A DNA stretch of 64,000 nucleotides from Octopus vulgaris (GCA_951406725.2 OX597827.1:68944001-69008000); one strand, 5' to 3'; positions 1 to 12,657 are shown, numbered from the stretch's first letter. Program-made: numbers and translations. The notes: generated by a model not told the origin, from the sequence alone.

Positions 1-384
1 TAGAGATCTCCAAGAAATTATGATGGGCAGTTAGAGGCACAAGCAGTGTGCCTTTTCGTTTCCTATGTTAGAGAGAAATATACCATGCTTTATCAAACAA
101 AAACAAGGAAGTGTGCTATGTAAACATCATGGTATGTTATCTTCCATTTATAGCCCATTAAAGTTTAGTCACAATATATATATATATATATCCATTCACA
201 CACACACTCTTTCTCTCCCATACACCCACATATATAAAATAATTGAGGAGATAAGTAAAATGCAAATTGCCTCATCAGCACAGTATTCAAATAATCAGAG
301 GTTAATTGGAGATATTTCAGTCCAATGTAAAAGGAGCACTTCCCCAACCCAAGGCAATATATACCAAACAATGTTATAATCCTC

Positions 385-525
385 ACTCTGAGAAGTGGTT
401 GGTGTTAGAAAGGGCATCCAGCCAGAGAAACCAGGCCAAATCAGATTGGAGTCTGGTGCATCTAGCTCCCCAGCCTGCCAGTTCTGGTCAAACTATCCAG
501 CCCATGCTAGCATGGTCAACGAATT
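385..525 (+). mobile_element. Non-LTR/SINE 3' module (family E, RTE-like tail), degenerate
   Basis: Contains GTGGTTGGTGTTAGAAAGGGCATCCAGC...CCCATGCTAGCATGG. The same module recurs at about 3720, 7830(-), 11050, 15935(-), 39260, 40085(-), 49570, 62600 and 63740. Confidence 0.7.
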
Positions 526-562
526 GATTGTATGTGTGTGTGTATATATATATATATAAAAA

Positions 563-975
563 ACTCTTTTACTCTTTTACTCTTTTACTTGTTTCAGTCA
601 TTTGACTGTGGCCATGCTGGAGCACCACCTTTTAGTCGAGCAAATCGACCCTGGGACTTATTCTTTGTAAGCCCAGTACTTATTCTATCGGTCTATTTTG
701 CTGAACCGCTAAGTGACGGCGACGTAAACACACCAGCATCGGTTGTCAAGCAATGCTAGGGGGACAAACACAGACACACAAACACACACACACATATATA
801 TATATATACATATATACGATAGGCTTCTTTCAGTTTCCGTCTACCAAATCCACTCACAAGGCTTTGGTCGGCCCGAGGCTATAGTAGAAGACACTTGCCC
901 AAGGTGCCATGCAGTGGGACTGAACACAGAACCATGTGGTTAGTAAACAAGCTACTTACCACATAGCAACTCCTT
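563..975 (-). mobile_element. tRNA-derived SINE family A, full length
   Basis: tRNA-like head (GCTATGTGGTAAGTAGCTTG...GTTCAGTCCC), internal TA/TG microsatellite, and tail GCTCCAGCATGGCC.CAGTCAAATGACTGAAACAAG(TAAAAGAG)n. More than 20 copies or fragments occur in the window. Confidence 0.9.
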
Positions 976-989
976 ATATATATATATAA

Positions 990-1137
990 GTAAAGTTAAT
1001 TGTCACATCAATGTGGTTGTACCACGTTACTACTAGTTTAGCTCCAGGCAGCTCTTCCACCAGCTGGCAGAAGATCTGCCTGGGGTTAAATTAGTAATAA
1101 CATGATACAGCCACTTTGATGTGGTGATTAGCTTTAC
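990..1137. repeat. 148-bp imperfect palindrome (fold-back MITE-like)
   Basis: GTAAAGTTAATTGTCACATCAA...CAG|CTG...TTGATGTGGTGATTAGCTTTAC. The arms align over their full length with mostly transition differences. Confidence 0.85.
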
Positions 1138-1316
1138 ATCTTAGTATAGTTATTACTCTCATCACTTGTTGAGATTTTACAACTAGCTACTTTGCTTATA
1201 TATATATATATATACATACACATATATATATATATATAAACATTTATACACACACCACATTGCTGGCATCAAGTATATATATAAACACATGTATGCATAC
1301 ATACATACATCTGAAA

Positions 1317-1632
1317 GGCATATTACTCAGTGGTTGGAGCATCAAGCTTACGAACATGAGATTATGAGTTCAACTCCAGGACCAGGCCGTGTGTTGTGTT
1401 CTTGGACAAACTTTCATATTGCTCCAGTTCACTCAGCAATAGAAATGAGTTACGATGTCACTGGTGCCAAGCTGTATGGGGGGTGGGGCCCTTTGCCTTT
1501 CTCTTGGACAACACTGGTGGTGTGGAGAGGGGAGGCTGATATGCATGGGTGACTGCTGGTCTTCCACAAACAATCTTGTCTGGATTTGTGCCTTGGAGGG
1601 GAACTTTGGGAACTTTTCTAGGTGCAAGCCTT
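1317..1632 (+). mobile_element. tRNA-derived SINE family D (CORE-like central domain)
   Basis: A/B-box head, then GTGTTCTTG...CACTCAGC..TAGAAATGAGTT and a shared tail. Other copies lie at 18024, 25343, 36603 (tail only) and 41698(-). Confidence 0.75.
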
Positions 1633-2696
1633 TACTTTTTTTTATATATACACATACATGACCAGTGTGTTTGTGTGCATATGTTGTGAACACAAATAAA
1701 TGCAAACAACATGAAAATATAAAACAATACATGTAATTCATAAACTACATTGCTGGAATCAAACATATATACACATATATATACATACATAGATACATGT
1801 ATGTATGTATGTATATATAGATATACACGCACGCACACACATTTTTCACAAAATTATCCATAGCATGCAATAAACGAGTAATTAATTAAAACAGAGCAAG
1901 ACAATTAGATAGGAGTGCATATACATAATAAACTGTTGACACAGCACACACAAAAACACTTTATTTTAGTGTGTGTGAGAGAGAGAGAGAGAGAGAAAGA
2001 AAGAGAGAGAGAGTGTGTGTGATCGGAAGGAGTTATGCCCATGATCTCAGACCCCCACCCAAAAATCCTAGTAATGTGATTTATGGTCCCCTATATTAGT
2101 TGCAAGTTGACAGCTACAGGGAAACAAATCAGGGGCAGGGAAAATATTTCAAGGTGGGGATTGCAGACATCCTGGCAACGAAGGGATAGGCACGAAGAGA
2201 GAGGGGGTAGCAGGGAAAATTTTTTTTTATAGGGCAAACATTCTAGGGACTAAGGATTGAGCAATGGGAGGAGAAAGAGAGGGGTAAAGGAAGGGAAAAT
2301 TTGGGGATGAGGGACTGTGAATGGGACAGGTAAGAGAAAGAGAGTGAGAGATCAGGAATGATTTAGTGGAAGTACTACAACATCCAGTTCTGAGGAGCAG
2401 AGGCTACCGTAGTAACAGTACATAAGCAATGAGCGGACACAGCACTTCTGTAGATCACAGGTTTTGAAGGGTTGCTGAATGACTTCATGGCAGTTAGTCA
2501 ACTGGTGCTTGTTTGGATGTGGTCAAGAGCAGGGGACCCCAAACACTGGGCAGCAGGCCAGTACCAGACCATGAACCATTTGGTACCAGGCAGCACAGAA
2601 AGAATAGATTTGTAAATTTTATTTCTATTTCATTGAATATTGCAGCTTGCAGGTTCTTTTTTTTTTTTTGCTATATATATATATATATATATATAT

Positions 2697-3073
2697 GCTT
2701 ACGAACCACATGGTTCCGGGTTCCGTCCCACTGTGTGGCACCTTGGGTAAGTGTCTTCTATAGCCTTGGGCTGACCAAAAACCTTGTGAGTGGATTTGGT
2801 AGACGGAAACTGAATGAAGCCTGTCGTATATATGAATATATATGTGTGTGTGTGTGTGTGTGTTTGTGCGTCTGTGCTTGGTCTCCCCAACATCACTTGA
2901 CAACCGATGCTGGTGTGTTTATGTCCCCGTAACTTAGCAGTTCGGCAAAAGAGACCAACAGAATAAGTACTAGGCTTACAAAGAATAAGTCCTGGGGTCG
3001 ATATGCTCGACTAAAGGCGGTGCTCCAGCATGGCCGCAGTCAAATGACTGAAACAAGTAAAAGAGTAAAAGAG
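2697..3073 (+). mobile_element. SINE family A (5' truncated)
   Basis: Matches the family A body and tail. Confidence 0.9.
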
Positions 3074-3544
3074 TATATGTTTTTTTGCATTATATATGTA
3101 TGTAACTAGAATATCTGAGCTATCAATAATGACAGCATTTTAATAAACTTCATAACATTTCAGTTTGTATAAATGAATATTCTTTTGTTCCAGTTGGAGG
3201 TATTGTTGAAAAATGTATATGATGAAAGGTATTATTGAGAGTATAAGGATGAAAATAAAAATGTCAATAACAATGAAAAACAAAAGAAAATTATATTTAT
3301 TACACCCCATGTATTATACAGGTTTGATTATTTTTAATATGTACAATATAGTGTAGCCCATGATTTACTTGTTATTCTACATTATGTTATTTTCTACAAT
3401 AAATGCTCTGCCTAATTTCAGAGATGCATTATACATGTATTAACTAAATTATATATTATGCATTTTATTGTGTTTTGTTATGCATGTGAAACTCCACCAA
3501 CATCTGTCCATGTGTCTATGGAAAAAAAAAATTATCTAACATGA

Positions 3545-3852
3545 GGTGTAGGAGAGGCTGTGTGGTAAGTAGCTTGCTTACCAACCACATGGTTCCGGGT
3601 TCAATCCCACTGCGTGACACCTTGGGCAAGTGTCTTCTACTATAGCCTAGGGCCGACCAAAGCCTTGTGAGTAGATTTGGTAGACGGAAACTGAAAGAAG
3701 CCCAACGTATATATGTATATACGTTAGGAAGGGCATCCAGCCGTAGAAACACTGCCAGATCTGACTGGGCCTGATGCGGCCTTCCGGCTTCACAGACCCC
3801 AGTTGAACCGTCCAACCCATGCTAGCTTGGAAAACAGACGCTAAATGATGAT

Positions 3853-3923
<71 letters not shown>

Positions 3924-4125
3924 TTGTCCCCCCAACATCGCTTGACGACCGATACTGGTGTGTTTACGTCCCCGTAACTTAGCGGTTTGGCAAAATAGAC
4001 CGATAGAATAAGTACTAGGCTTACAAAGAATAAGTCCCGGGGTCGATTTGCTCGACTAAAGGCAGTGCTCCAGCATGGCCGCAGTCAAATGACTGAAACA
4101 AATAAAAGAGTAAAAAGGGTAAAAG
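3545..4125 (+). mobile_element. SINE family A with a family E module at about 3722-3853
   Basis: A head, then E module, (TG)n, and A tail. Confidence 0.85.
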
Positions 4126-5064
4126 TGTATGAAACCAGTCCATGGTGCAAAACAGGTTGGGGACCACTGATCTTAGGCGCTTGTAACAGAATCACTGTCC
4201 CAGATGCAGAGCAACAGTTCATTGTGAAATCTCACCTGAGATTTGTAGAGACAGAAGACTTGTTGAAAGAAATAGTATTAGAAAATATGGGCCTGGTACT
4301 ACATACGCACGCACACCACGTACACACTTGTAAACAGACTTAACAAACAGAACACTATCCAGACACCTGTTCTTTCAACACCTCTATTATTGCCATCGCC
4401 ACGAAGAAACTTAACTTTCAACACATTTACAACAGACCCAACCAAAAATAGTTTGAGAAGAGAGAAACAATATCCACAGGTAGGTAAATGATGCAAGGTG
4501 AGAGAGAGGGACGGAAAAGACACTTGCTTATAGAAAAACATATACAAAAGATGGATTTAAATTTCATTAAGAACCAGAAAAAGAAAGATTATAGTGAAAA
4601 CAAAAAAAAAAAAATATTGTGTGTGTGTGTGTATGTGTATATGTGAAGATGAGTGATAGTAACTTCAAAGTTTTTGTCAGTTAATCTTTGTTAGACTGTC
4701 CAACAATGGTCAGCAGGTGAGAAATTGAAAGTTACAATCACCTCTCTTCATGTAAAAGTTTAATAAACATGCGTTCGGATAAAACAAAAATGTTGAGCAT
4801 TTCAGTTTAATTATAAATTGTTTTCATATACAACTTGACAAAAAAAATAAACAACACTATTGTGTGTGTGTGTGTGTGTGTGTGTGAATATATAAATATA
4901 TATATATAATGTGTGTATGTGTGCCATTGTATTGACCAAACTATTGGATGTTGTTATACCACAGGTGGCCACAATGCACTTCCTCATTGTTCTTATAGCA
5001 TTCGAATGATACCACCACCCAACTGCCTAGGTGAGCAAGCCACACACACATGTGTGTGTATGTG

Positions 5065-5267
<203 letters not shown>

Positions 5268-5474
5268 TGTGTGTAAACACACAAATGAAAAGCAGAGTAG
5301 TTACTTCAAAGTAATAAATAAACCACTACATGTATTTGAATGCTTTCTCTCCAGTTTGTTACAACCAAATTTATGTGTGAGAGAGACAGAAAAAATAAAA
5401 AAAAAAACGTGTGTGCTCATTCATGGGTGTGTTAATTAGATCCAGAGCTCCAAGAACGAAGACGAAAAACTTAC

Positions 5475-5549
5475 CCGAAGGTTAGAAGCCAGCTGCCTGT
5501 AGTAAAACAGAGACATATCCTCATGAATAATGCTCCCCGGTGATGCCAT
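5475..5549 (-). CDS. Putative first coding segment (MASPGSIIHEDMSLFYYRQLASNLR) of an unidentified gene, within exon 5475-5818
   Basis: Minus strand: TACTCAC branch-like motif and pyrimidine tract ending TTTTAG at 5819, Kozak-like AGCATGG at 5549, 25 codons, then a phase-0 donor CGG|GTAAGT at 5474. There are in-frame stops upstream of the ATG. Confidence 0.55.
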
Positions 5550-6096
5550 GCTGGCCAGGGAAAAGACTATATAGCATGCCACTAACGACAGACACACACA
5601 ACTAAATGCAGCTGACAATAAACCACTACCAACACTATTAATACTACCACCACCACCACTACTACTACTACTACTATTACAACTATTGCCACCACACTGC
5701 TGCTCTGACTGCCACTACTACCACCTCTGTTACCACTGCCACCGCCACCACAGTTACTGAGAGCCTGGGCCTGTAGGTTTTATACTGACTGTGGGCTGCA
5801 AGCAATTAGAGAAAACTCCTAAAAGCGCAACAGAGAGTGAGTAATTTGTGGGCTTTTTTGTTAGGTCTTTGTCTGGTTTGGGGGGGGGGGAGGCATTCTT
5901 TCTTTTTTTTTTGTCTTTTTATGTCTTTTCTAGTTCAATTTTATTTTTATTTTTTTTTAATAGACATACATAATACAGACACACAATATGTATGTGTGTG
6001 TGTGTGTGTGCGCGTGTATGGACAGGTTATAAGCTTATTTTAGTATGAAGATAGGTAAACAGAAAGATACATGTACTCTATGAAACTACCACATAA

Positions 6097-6136
<40 letters not shown>

Positions 6137-6219
6137 GGTGTATATATATGTATATGTGGTGTGTGTATATATAATAGTATGGTGTGTGTATTTATATATA
6201 TATATATATAAGTATGGTG

Positions 6220-6263
<44 letters not shown>

Positions 6264-6268
6264 GTGTG

Positions 6269-6313
<45 letters not shown>

Positions 6314-6519
6314 TGTATGTAAGCAAAGAGAAGGGTGAGATGGTGTGAAGTAAGTGTTATATATACATATAACTTGTCTTACTAGAATTATACATAATGA
6401 ACTAGCTTATACACATACACACACACACACACATACACACACACACAATGTAAACTTAGTGTGTTTCAACTATATTATTTACCAAATGTACACAAGAGAG
6501 ACAGACAAACAGACAGAGG

Positions 6520-6562
<43 letters not shown>

Positions 6563-6639
6563 AATCTTTAACTATATACAATCTTATCTACGTGCAGTCA
6601 CATAAAATGATGAAGCCACATCAAAACCAGGAAAACCTT

Positions 6640-6991
6640 GGCTTCATCAAAACTTAGATTTCAAAAAATATAAAATGAGATAAAAACAATATAGATGAAG
6701 CAAAACTTTTGCAGAGACTGATTGAAGGAAGATACAGATGAAAAAGCTCTAAGAACTTCCAACCAAAGCAGCAAAAACTATCATTAGTAGAAGCAGTAGT
6801 AGCAGCAGTAGCAGCAGCAGTAGTAGTAGTAGTAGCTGTGCTTCTGTTTCTACAACTAGGATGACTGCCAGACTTCATACCAAGGTTGGGTAATTCCACC
6901 TGCACCACTGCCACCAGCTTAGCCATTCTGTGGTCTACTCTCACCATCACCATGTATCTGACAACGAGGGAGTAGCAAACACAGAAATAGA
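6640..6991 (-). other. Probable 5'UTR exon (acceptor clear, donor uncertain)
   Basis: Very strong minus-strand acceptor (about 30 pyrimidines + CAG at 6992-6994), followed by unique sequence with CTA/CTG repeats. Candidate donors lie at 6899 and 6880. Confidence 0.4.
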
Positions 6992-7410
6992 CTGAAAAAA
7001 AAAAAAGAAAAAAGGAAAAAAAGATGGTTTACACAGTACTTGCTATCCTCAGCAATCTTATAAGCTACCAGCAGGCCTTACTGGCTCTAACCTATCTGTT
7101 TCATTCTCTTTCTCTCTCTCTCTCTCAATCTTTCAACAACTTTCTATATACACTCATGTTTATCCCCTCTAGCTACCCCCATCATAAACCCTACCCCCAA
7201 CCATCACCACCTTCTATCCCCTGACTTATCTGCTATAATCCCTTTCTTATCTCTGCCCTCACTAACACATCCAACTTTTAACTTATTCACATATACACAC
7301 TCTTATGCAAAAAAAAACTGTACACATGTATACACTCTTATACATATGTGCACATGCACACACGGTTGTGTATAAAGGAGAAAGTGTGTGTGTGTGTGAA
7401 GAACATACAC

Positions 7411-7812
7411 AGCTCTGTGGTAAGTAGCTTGCTTAACAACCACATGGTTCCGGGTTCAGTCCCACTGCATGGCACCTTAGGCAAGTGTCTTCTACTATAG
7501 CCTCAGGCCGACTAAAGCTTTGTGAGTGGATTTGATAGACAGAAACTGAAAGAAGCCCATTGTGTGTGTGTGTGTGTGTGTATATACATATATTTATGTA
7601 TATGTTTGTGTGTCTATGTTTGTCAACCCCGCCCCAACATAGCTTGACAACCGATAATGGTGTGTTTATGTCCCCCGTCACTTAGCAGTTTGGCAAGAGA
7701 GACCGAGAGGATAAGTACTAGACTTACAAAGAATAAGTGCTGGGGTCAATTTGCTCGATTAAAGGCAGTGCTCCAGCATGGCCACAGTCAAATGACTGAA
7801 ACAAATAAAAGA
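7411..7812 (+). mobile_element. SINE family A
   Basis: Head, body and tail all match family A. Confidence 0.9.
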
Positions 7813-8341
7813 ATAGGAGAATACATCATCCTTTTACACCCATTCTTCATCCAGGCATGAGTTGGACAGTTGTACAGGTGTCGGCAAGCCAGAAGCCTGT
7901 ACCAAACTATCCACTTTGGCTTGGCTTTTACAGCTGGATGCCCTTCCAAAGACCAACCATTTTACAGAGTGCACTTGATGCTTTTTATGTGGCACCAGCA
8001 CCAACAAGACCACAAGTAAGTTGCAAGTCAAGACCCCCACCTCAACTGAGCAGAGTGTTTTGCAGTAGAGGAGATACATGGCTACCCCAGCTGGAAAAAG
8101 AAAGAAGAGATGAGAGAGAGAGGGGACAGAGGGAGAGAAGCTGTTGAATAAGATGTGCGAACAAGGACTGAATAGAGTGAGTGGGTAGGTAAGTTTGTGA
8201 GAGTGTGAAAGGAGAGTGGGAGATGGAAGGGAAGAGAATGCAGTGAGTGTGAATTCTTTCTCTTGAGTTTCATGCTATTGTGATCTCCAGGTGAGAACGA
8301 AACAACAGTAGTGTAAAATTCAAGTCACAAGAAAGAATTCA

Positions 8342-8688
8342 CAGTTCTATATTTAAGAGATGAGGAATTATGTACATTATTTACATTTGACAGATATTTG
8401 TCCTCATCTTGTTTGTTGTTAACACAACATTTCGGCTGATATAGCCTCCAGCCTTCATCAGGTGGCTTGGGGATATTTCGAACCAGGATTCTCATTCCTA
8501 AGGTATTTTTCGATGTTATTATCATTTTCATTATTATTATTACTATTATTATTATTATTATTCAGGACACTGCCTGGAATCAAACTCAGAATCTTGGGGT
8601 TAGTAGCCCGCACTCTTAACCACTACGCCATACAAGATGAGGACAAATATTCGTCAAATGTAAATAATGTAAATATTGTAAATAATGT
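8342..8688 (-). mobile_element. tRNA-headed SINE with Penelope-like, hammerhead-containing tail (family H), copy 1
   Basis: 13-bp TSD AAGAAAGAATTCA (8329-8341, 8689-8701). A box TGGCGTAGTGG, (AAT)n linker, CTGATGA-stem-GAAA motif, and an inverted copy of the tail at 8632-8671. Confidence 0.8.
8421..8466 (-). ncRNA. Minimal type I hammerhead ribozyme motif (degenerate)
   Basis: GCCAC CTGATGA A GGCTG gaggctatat CAGCC GAAA TGTT GTGTT. Confidence 0.55.
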
Positions 8689-9238
8689 AAGAAAGAATTC
8701 AGTTTAAAACATCTGGACATGTATACACATAAAAGCACACACACTCACTCACTCACTCATATATGAAAGTGCATGACCTAGTGGTTAGGGCATCACATTC
8801 ACAATTGCAAAATCATGGTTTCAATTCCCAGGCCAGGCAGTGTGTGAAGTTCTTCAACAAAATACTACATTTCATGTTGCTCTGCCGTCACTATGACATC
8901 TGCCATGTGGCACACCATGCACTTGTGTACAGTCAATGTCTGTTTGATGGCATGTGTGACCTAATGCACAGCACAAACAAATCATCTGTGCTGAGTGTTC
9001 AGTTAGAGATTGCAGAAACCTCGTCTCTACAACAGGAGAAACCATGAGGTGTGCGCACGCACGCACACACACACACACAGTACAGCAGCAACAAGTGGAG
9101 TTTCTGCCACATCCTATCTATCTCGTATTAATAAGAAATTTGGACATTGAATGTGAGCAGGGAAGATAGCTCAAAGAAGGATGACTCAAGCCAGATGAGG
9201 ATGAGATTGAGAGAGACTGAGTTCAAAGAGGGTTGATT

Positions 9239-9239
<1 letters not shown>

Positions 9240-9272
<33 letters not shown>

Positions 9273-9673
9273 TGAAAGTCAATGAAATAGAGGAGAGAGA
9301 CAGAGGAGAGGAGAGACAGGAGAGGGGAGAGAGACAGGAGGGGAAAGAGATGGAGGAGAGGGGAGAGAGACGGGGGAGAGGGGACAGAAACAGGGGAGAG
9401 GGGAAATGAGAGAGGAGAGAGAAGACAGACAGGGGGAGAGAGGGAAGAGGAGGAAGAGAAAGATAGACAGACAGGGAGAGAAACAGCAGATAGACAGAAA
9501 CAGAGAGAGAGGGGTGAAAGAGTGAGGAGAGAGAAATAGAGAGAGAAGAAAGAAGAGAGAGAGATGAGAGAAAGCAGAAGGAAAGAGAGACAAACTGAAA
9601 TTTGGGGAGAAAGTATAAAAATTGGAGAGAGAGAGAGAGAAAATAAAATTTGAAAAGTGAGAGTAAAAGTTGC

Positions 9674-9723
<50 letters not shown>

Positions 9724-9760
9724 AAAATCAGAGAAAGAATCAAAGAAAAAAGAGAAACTG
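9240..9760. repeat. Purine-rich (GA)n low-complexity tract
   Basis: GA/GGA/GACA repeats. Confidence 0.9.
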
Positions 9761-11979
9761 TCAGAGAAGTGGGGGTACCGGGGGAAGGGGGCATGTTTTT
9801 AACCCCTTTTCGCCATGACAACCCAAGAATTTTGTTTGTCTATGATTTCCCCCACACCCTGCCCTCAATGACAATCTTGATGACAGAAATGGTGGTTGAG
9901 ATTGATAATAGAAATGGAAATAAGGGTCCAGGGTGTGGTGGGGGTGGGGGTAGAATGACAGTGAGAATTGGCGATGATGGAGGGGAGCGATGATAAGTAA
10001 GAAGAAAAAAAAAGATACAGGAGAAAGAAAATACGAAGAAGAAAAAAAAAATCAATCTCAAAAATTTCATCATCAGACAAGAGATAGAAATGTCAAATGA
10101 CCGGGAGCTTTTTTTCTTTCCTTCCCTTTTTAATGATGCGTTTAAAGTGCAACAGTGCAGTAAATGCATGCAGCTGCAACTCATTTCTTTTACACTGCTG
10201 TACAAGAGAACAGAGACTGTACGTCAAACATACCAGAACAAACTACTGCTTGTTGTTGTTAAGTTATTGTTTAGCATATGTCCCCCCCTTCAGACCAGAC
10301 CCAAAACAAGCAATGGAATGAGCCAATTGGGCGCAGCTGTTTCGACGCTGGCAATATGGCATGGCTGATTGCTTTGGCAATGGTAATTTTTTTGGTATTG
10401 CAGGCAAACACACATAAACACTCACATGCATGCAGAAATATACACATACAAATACAAAGAGTGAAAGAGAAAGAGAATTTGACCCCAGTCAAGTATAAGA
10501 ATATGTGCATGTGAATGTGTATGTGTGTAAATGCATATAAGTGTCTGTGAGGGTTTGTAGGTGTATGTGTGATAGTGATTTTAGTGTGTGTGTGTGTTAA
10601 TGTATCTGTATGTATGTGTATGCAAGTATGTGTTAGCAAATGTGTGTGTGTGTGTGTGCATGCGTGTGTGCGTGCGTGTGTGCGTGCGTGTGTGTTTTAT
10701 CATTCATTCTGACCCTTCAATCATCTATTTCTATCTGTCTTCCCTATTCCACTCTTTAGTCACAATACCTTGAATGAATGGACATCTTAAAGCCAACCCT
10801 ACATTGCCCCAATGCTGGTACCACAGCAAAAGGTTACCCAACACAAACTTTCAAGAGTGACTGGTGAATAAGCAGAGTAAAAGAAGGATTTAAGTCCCTT
10901 TAGTCCCGTCACATACAGTCCCATCACAACAAACTCTCTTGTGCTGGTGCCATGGAAAGATAAACATAGGAGGTTGACAGATAATTGGAAAAGGCACCAG
11001 CTGGGCGAGGATTCTCTAGCCTTGTCTAGGTGCCAAGAATAGGACAACCTCCCTAGTGCTGGTGCCACAAGAAAATGCAACCAGTTCACTCTGCAAAGTT
11101 GTTGGAGACAGGAAAGGTATCTAGCCATGGAAACCAAGCCAAATTGATACAAACAAGTCACAGTCTGCAGGAGTAGTGGCCCCCAAGAGGGATTAACCTG
11201 GACTGTGGCAACCCATCCAATGCATGCTAGCTTAGAAAGCAGACGTAAAATGATGAGGATTAATGCACACACACTTGCACGCATGCACAGTGTCCAACAA
11301 CTGTATAAAGGTTTTGAAACTCGTAAGTCATCACCAGTTTTCAAAATGGTTTTTAAAACCATGTTTATAAATGCTTTGTGTATGAATGAAAGTTCACAGG
11401 TATTGAGTCCTTCCCGGTGTGAAAGGGTTTTTTGTTTTTTCATCTCTTGATTAAGGTACACACAAACACACACGCGTTTATTATTGCCTGTTGGAAGAAA
11501 GAACACTCGAGATCAAAGTAAAGATTAACCGGGTGTAGTGGGTGCATTTAACGTGCCACTGGCACAGGTGCCAGCTACACAGCACCAGCGTCTGCCACAA
11601 CTATGATCTCACTTGTCTTAACAGGTCTTCTCAAACACAATAAATCAATCACGAAAGATCTTAATCACTCAGGGTCAAATTATAACAGAATCACCATCAC
11701 CCTTACTGATATATTATGGCGCAAAGTGCAACTATATCTCTCCTAAAACCATGATCCACTACTTACTGGATTGTAGCCGAGAGAGTAAAAACATCGACTT
11801 CCTACATATACAGACTTAAAAAGTTAATCTCAGAAATACGTAATCTTTCTTATCAAACTATCAAAGATATCAGGAATAAAAAAAAATATCCAAAACTTTC
11901 CCCAGAAGATTTTTCGTAAACATCTGCACTGCCAGCTGATATCTCGTATGCACAGGTACGCAAAGAAATAGACTAAACA

Positions 11980-12021
<42 letters not shown>

Positions 12022-12149
12022 GTTATCTTGATTTCTGCATGTCTGCTCCATCCTCTATCTTTTCTACAAATCTTAGATTCTCTTCAGTCCCTTCTCTCTT
12101 TCTCTCTCACATTCTATCAATTCACTTTAACTTATCTCTCTAACTTATA

Positions 12150-12625
12150 CACACACACACACATACATGCATACACACATACATACAAAAGGAGGTGTGG
12201 TTGTTAGTGCATGTTCGTGTGTATGCGTGTGTGTTTGTGTATGAGAGAGTAGGTGTGTGAATGTATTTGTTGATGTCAGTGTGTGTGCATGTATACAAGT
12301 ATGTTAGTGTATACGAATGTGTGCATGTGAATGCGTGTGTATGGATGTGTGTAAATGCATATGTGTATGCGTGTTAGTGTGAGGGTTTGTAAGTGTATGT
12401 ATGAGTGATTTTAGTGTGTGTGTGTGTGCGTGTGTTAATGTATTTGCATGTGTGTGTATGCACATGTATGTGTGTATGCACGTATGTGTTAGCAAATGTG
12501 CAAGTGTGTGTTAGTGTGTGTATGTGTGTGTGTGTTAATGTATCTGCATGTGTGTGTATGCACACGTATGTGTGTATGCACATGTGTTAGCAAATGTGCA
12601 AGTGCATGTGTTAGTGTGTGTGTTA

Positions 12626-12657
<32 letters not shown>

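Larger units (their letters stand above)
2530..4169. mobile_element. Old hAT (Charlie-like) non-autonomous element interrupted by SINEs
   Basis: Ends CAGGGGACCCCAAAC and GTTGGGGACCACTG resemble those of the element at 17277-17939. The TSDs are decayed. Confidence 0.5.

Noticed and set aside
743-943. Recurrent peptide SVSVYQIHSQGFGRPEAIVEDTCPRCH seen in many ORFs
   Set aside because: It is a translation of SINE family A, not a gene family.
8250-8300. Plus-strand CTCCAG|GTGAGA
   Set aside because: The pyrimidine tract is weak and interrupted, and there is no supporting plus-strand gene structure nearby.
10799-11506. 235-aa minus-strand ORF
   Set aside because: It runs through family E repeats and microsatellite and has no recognisable domain.
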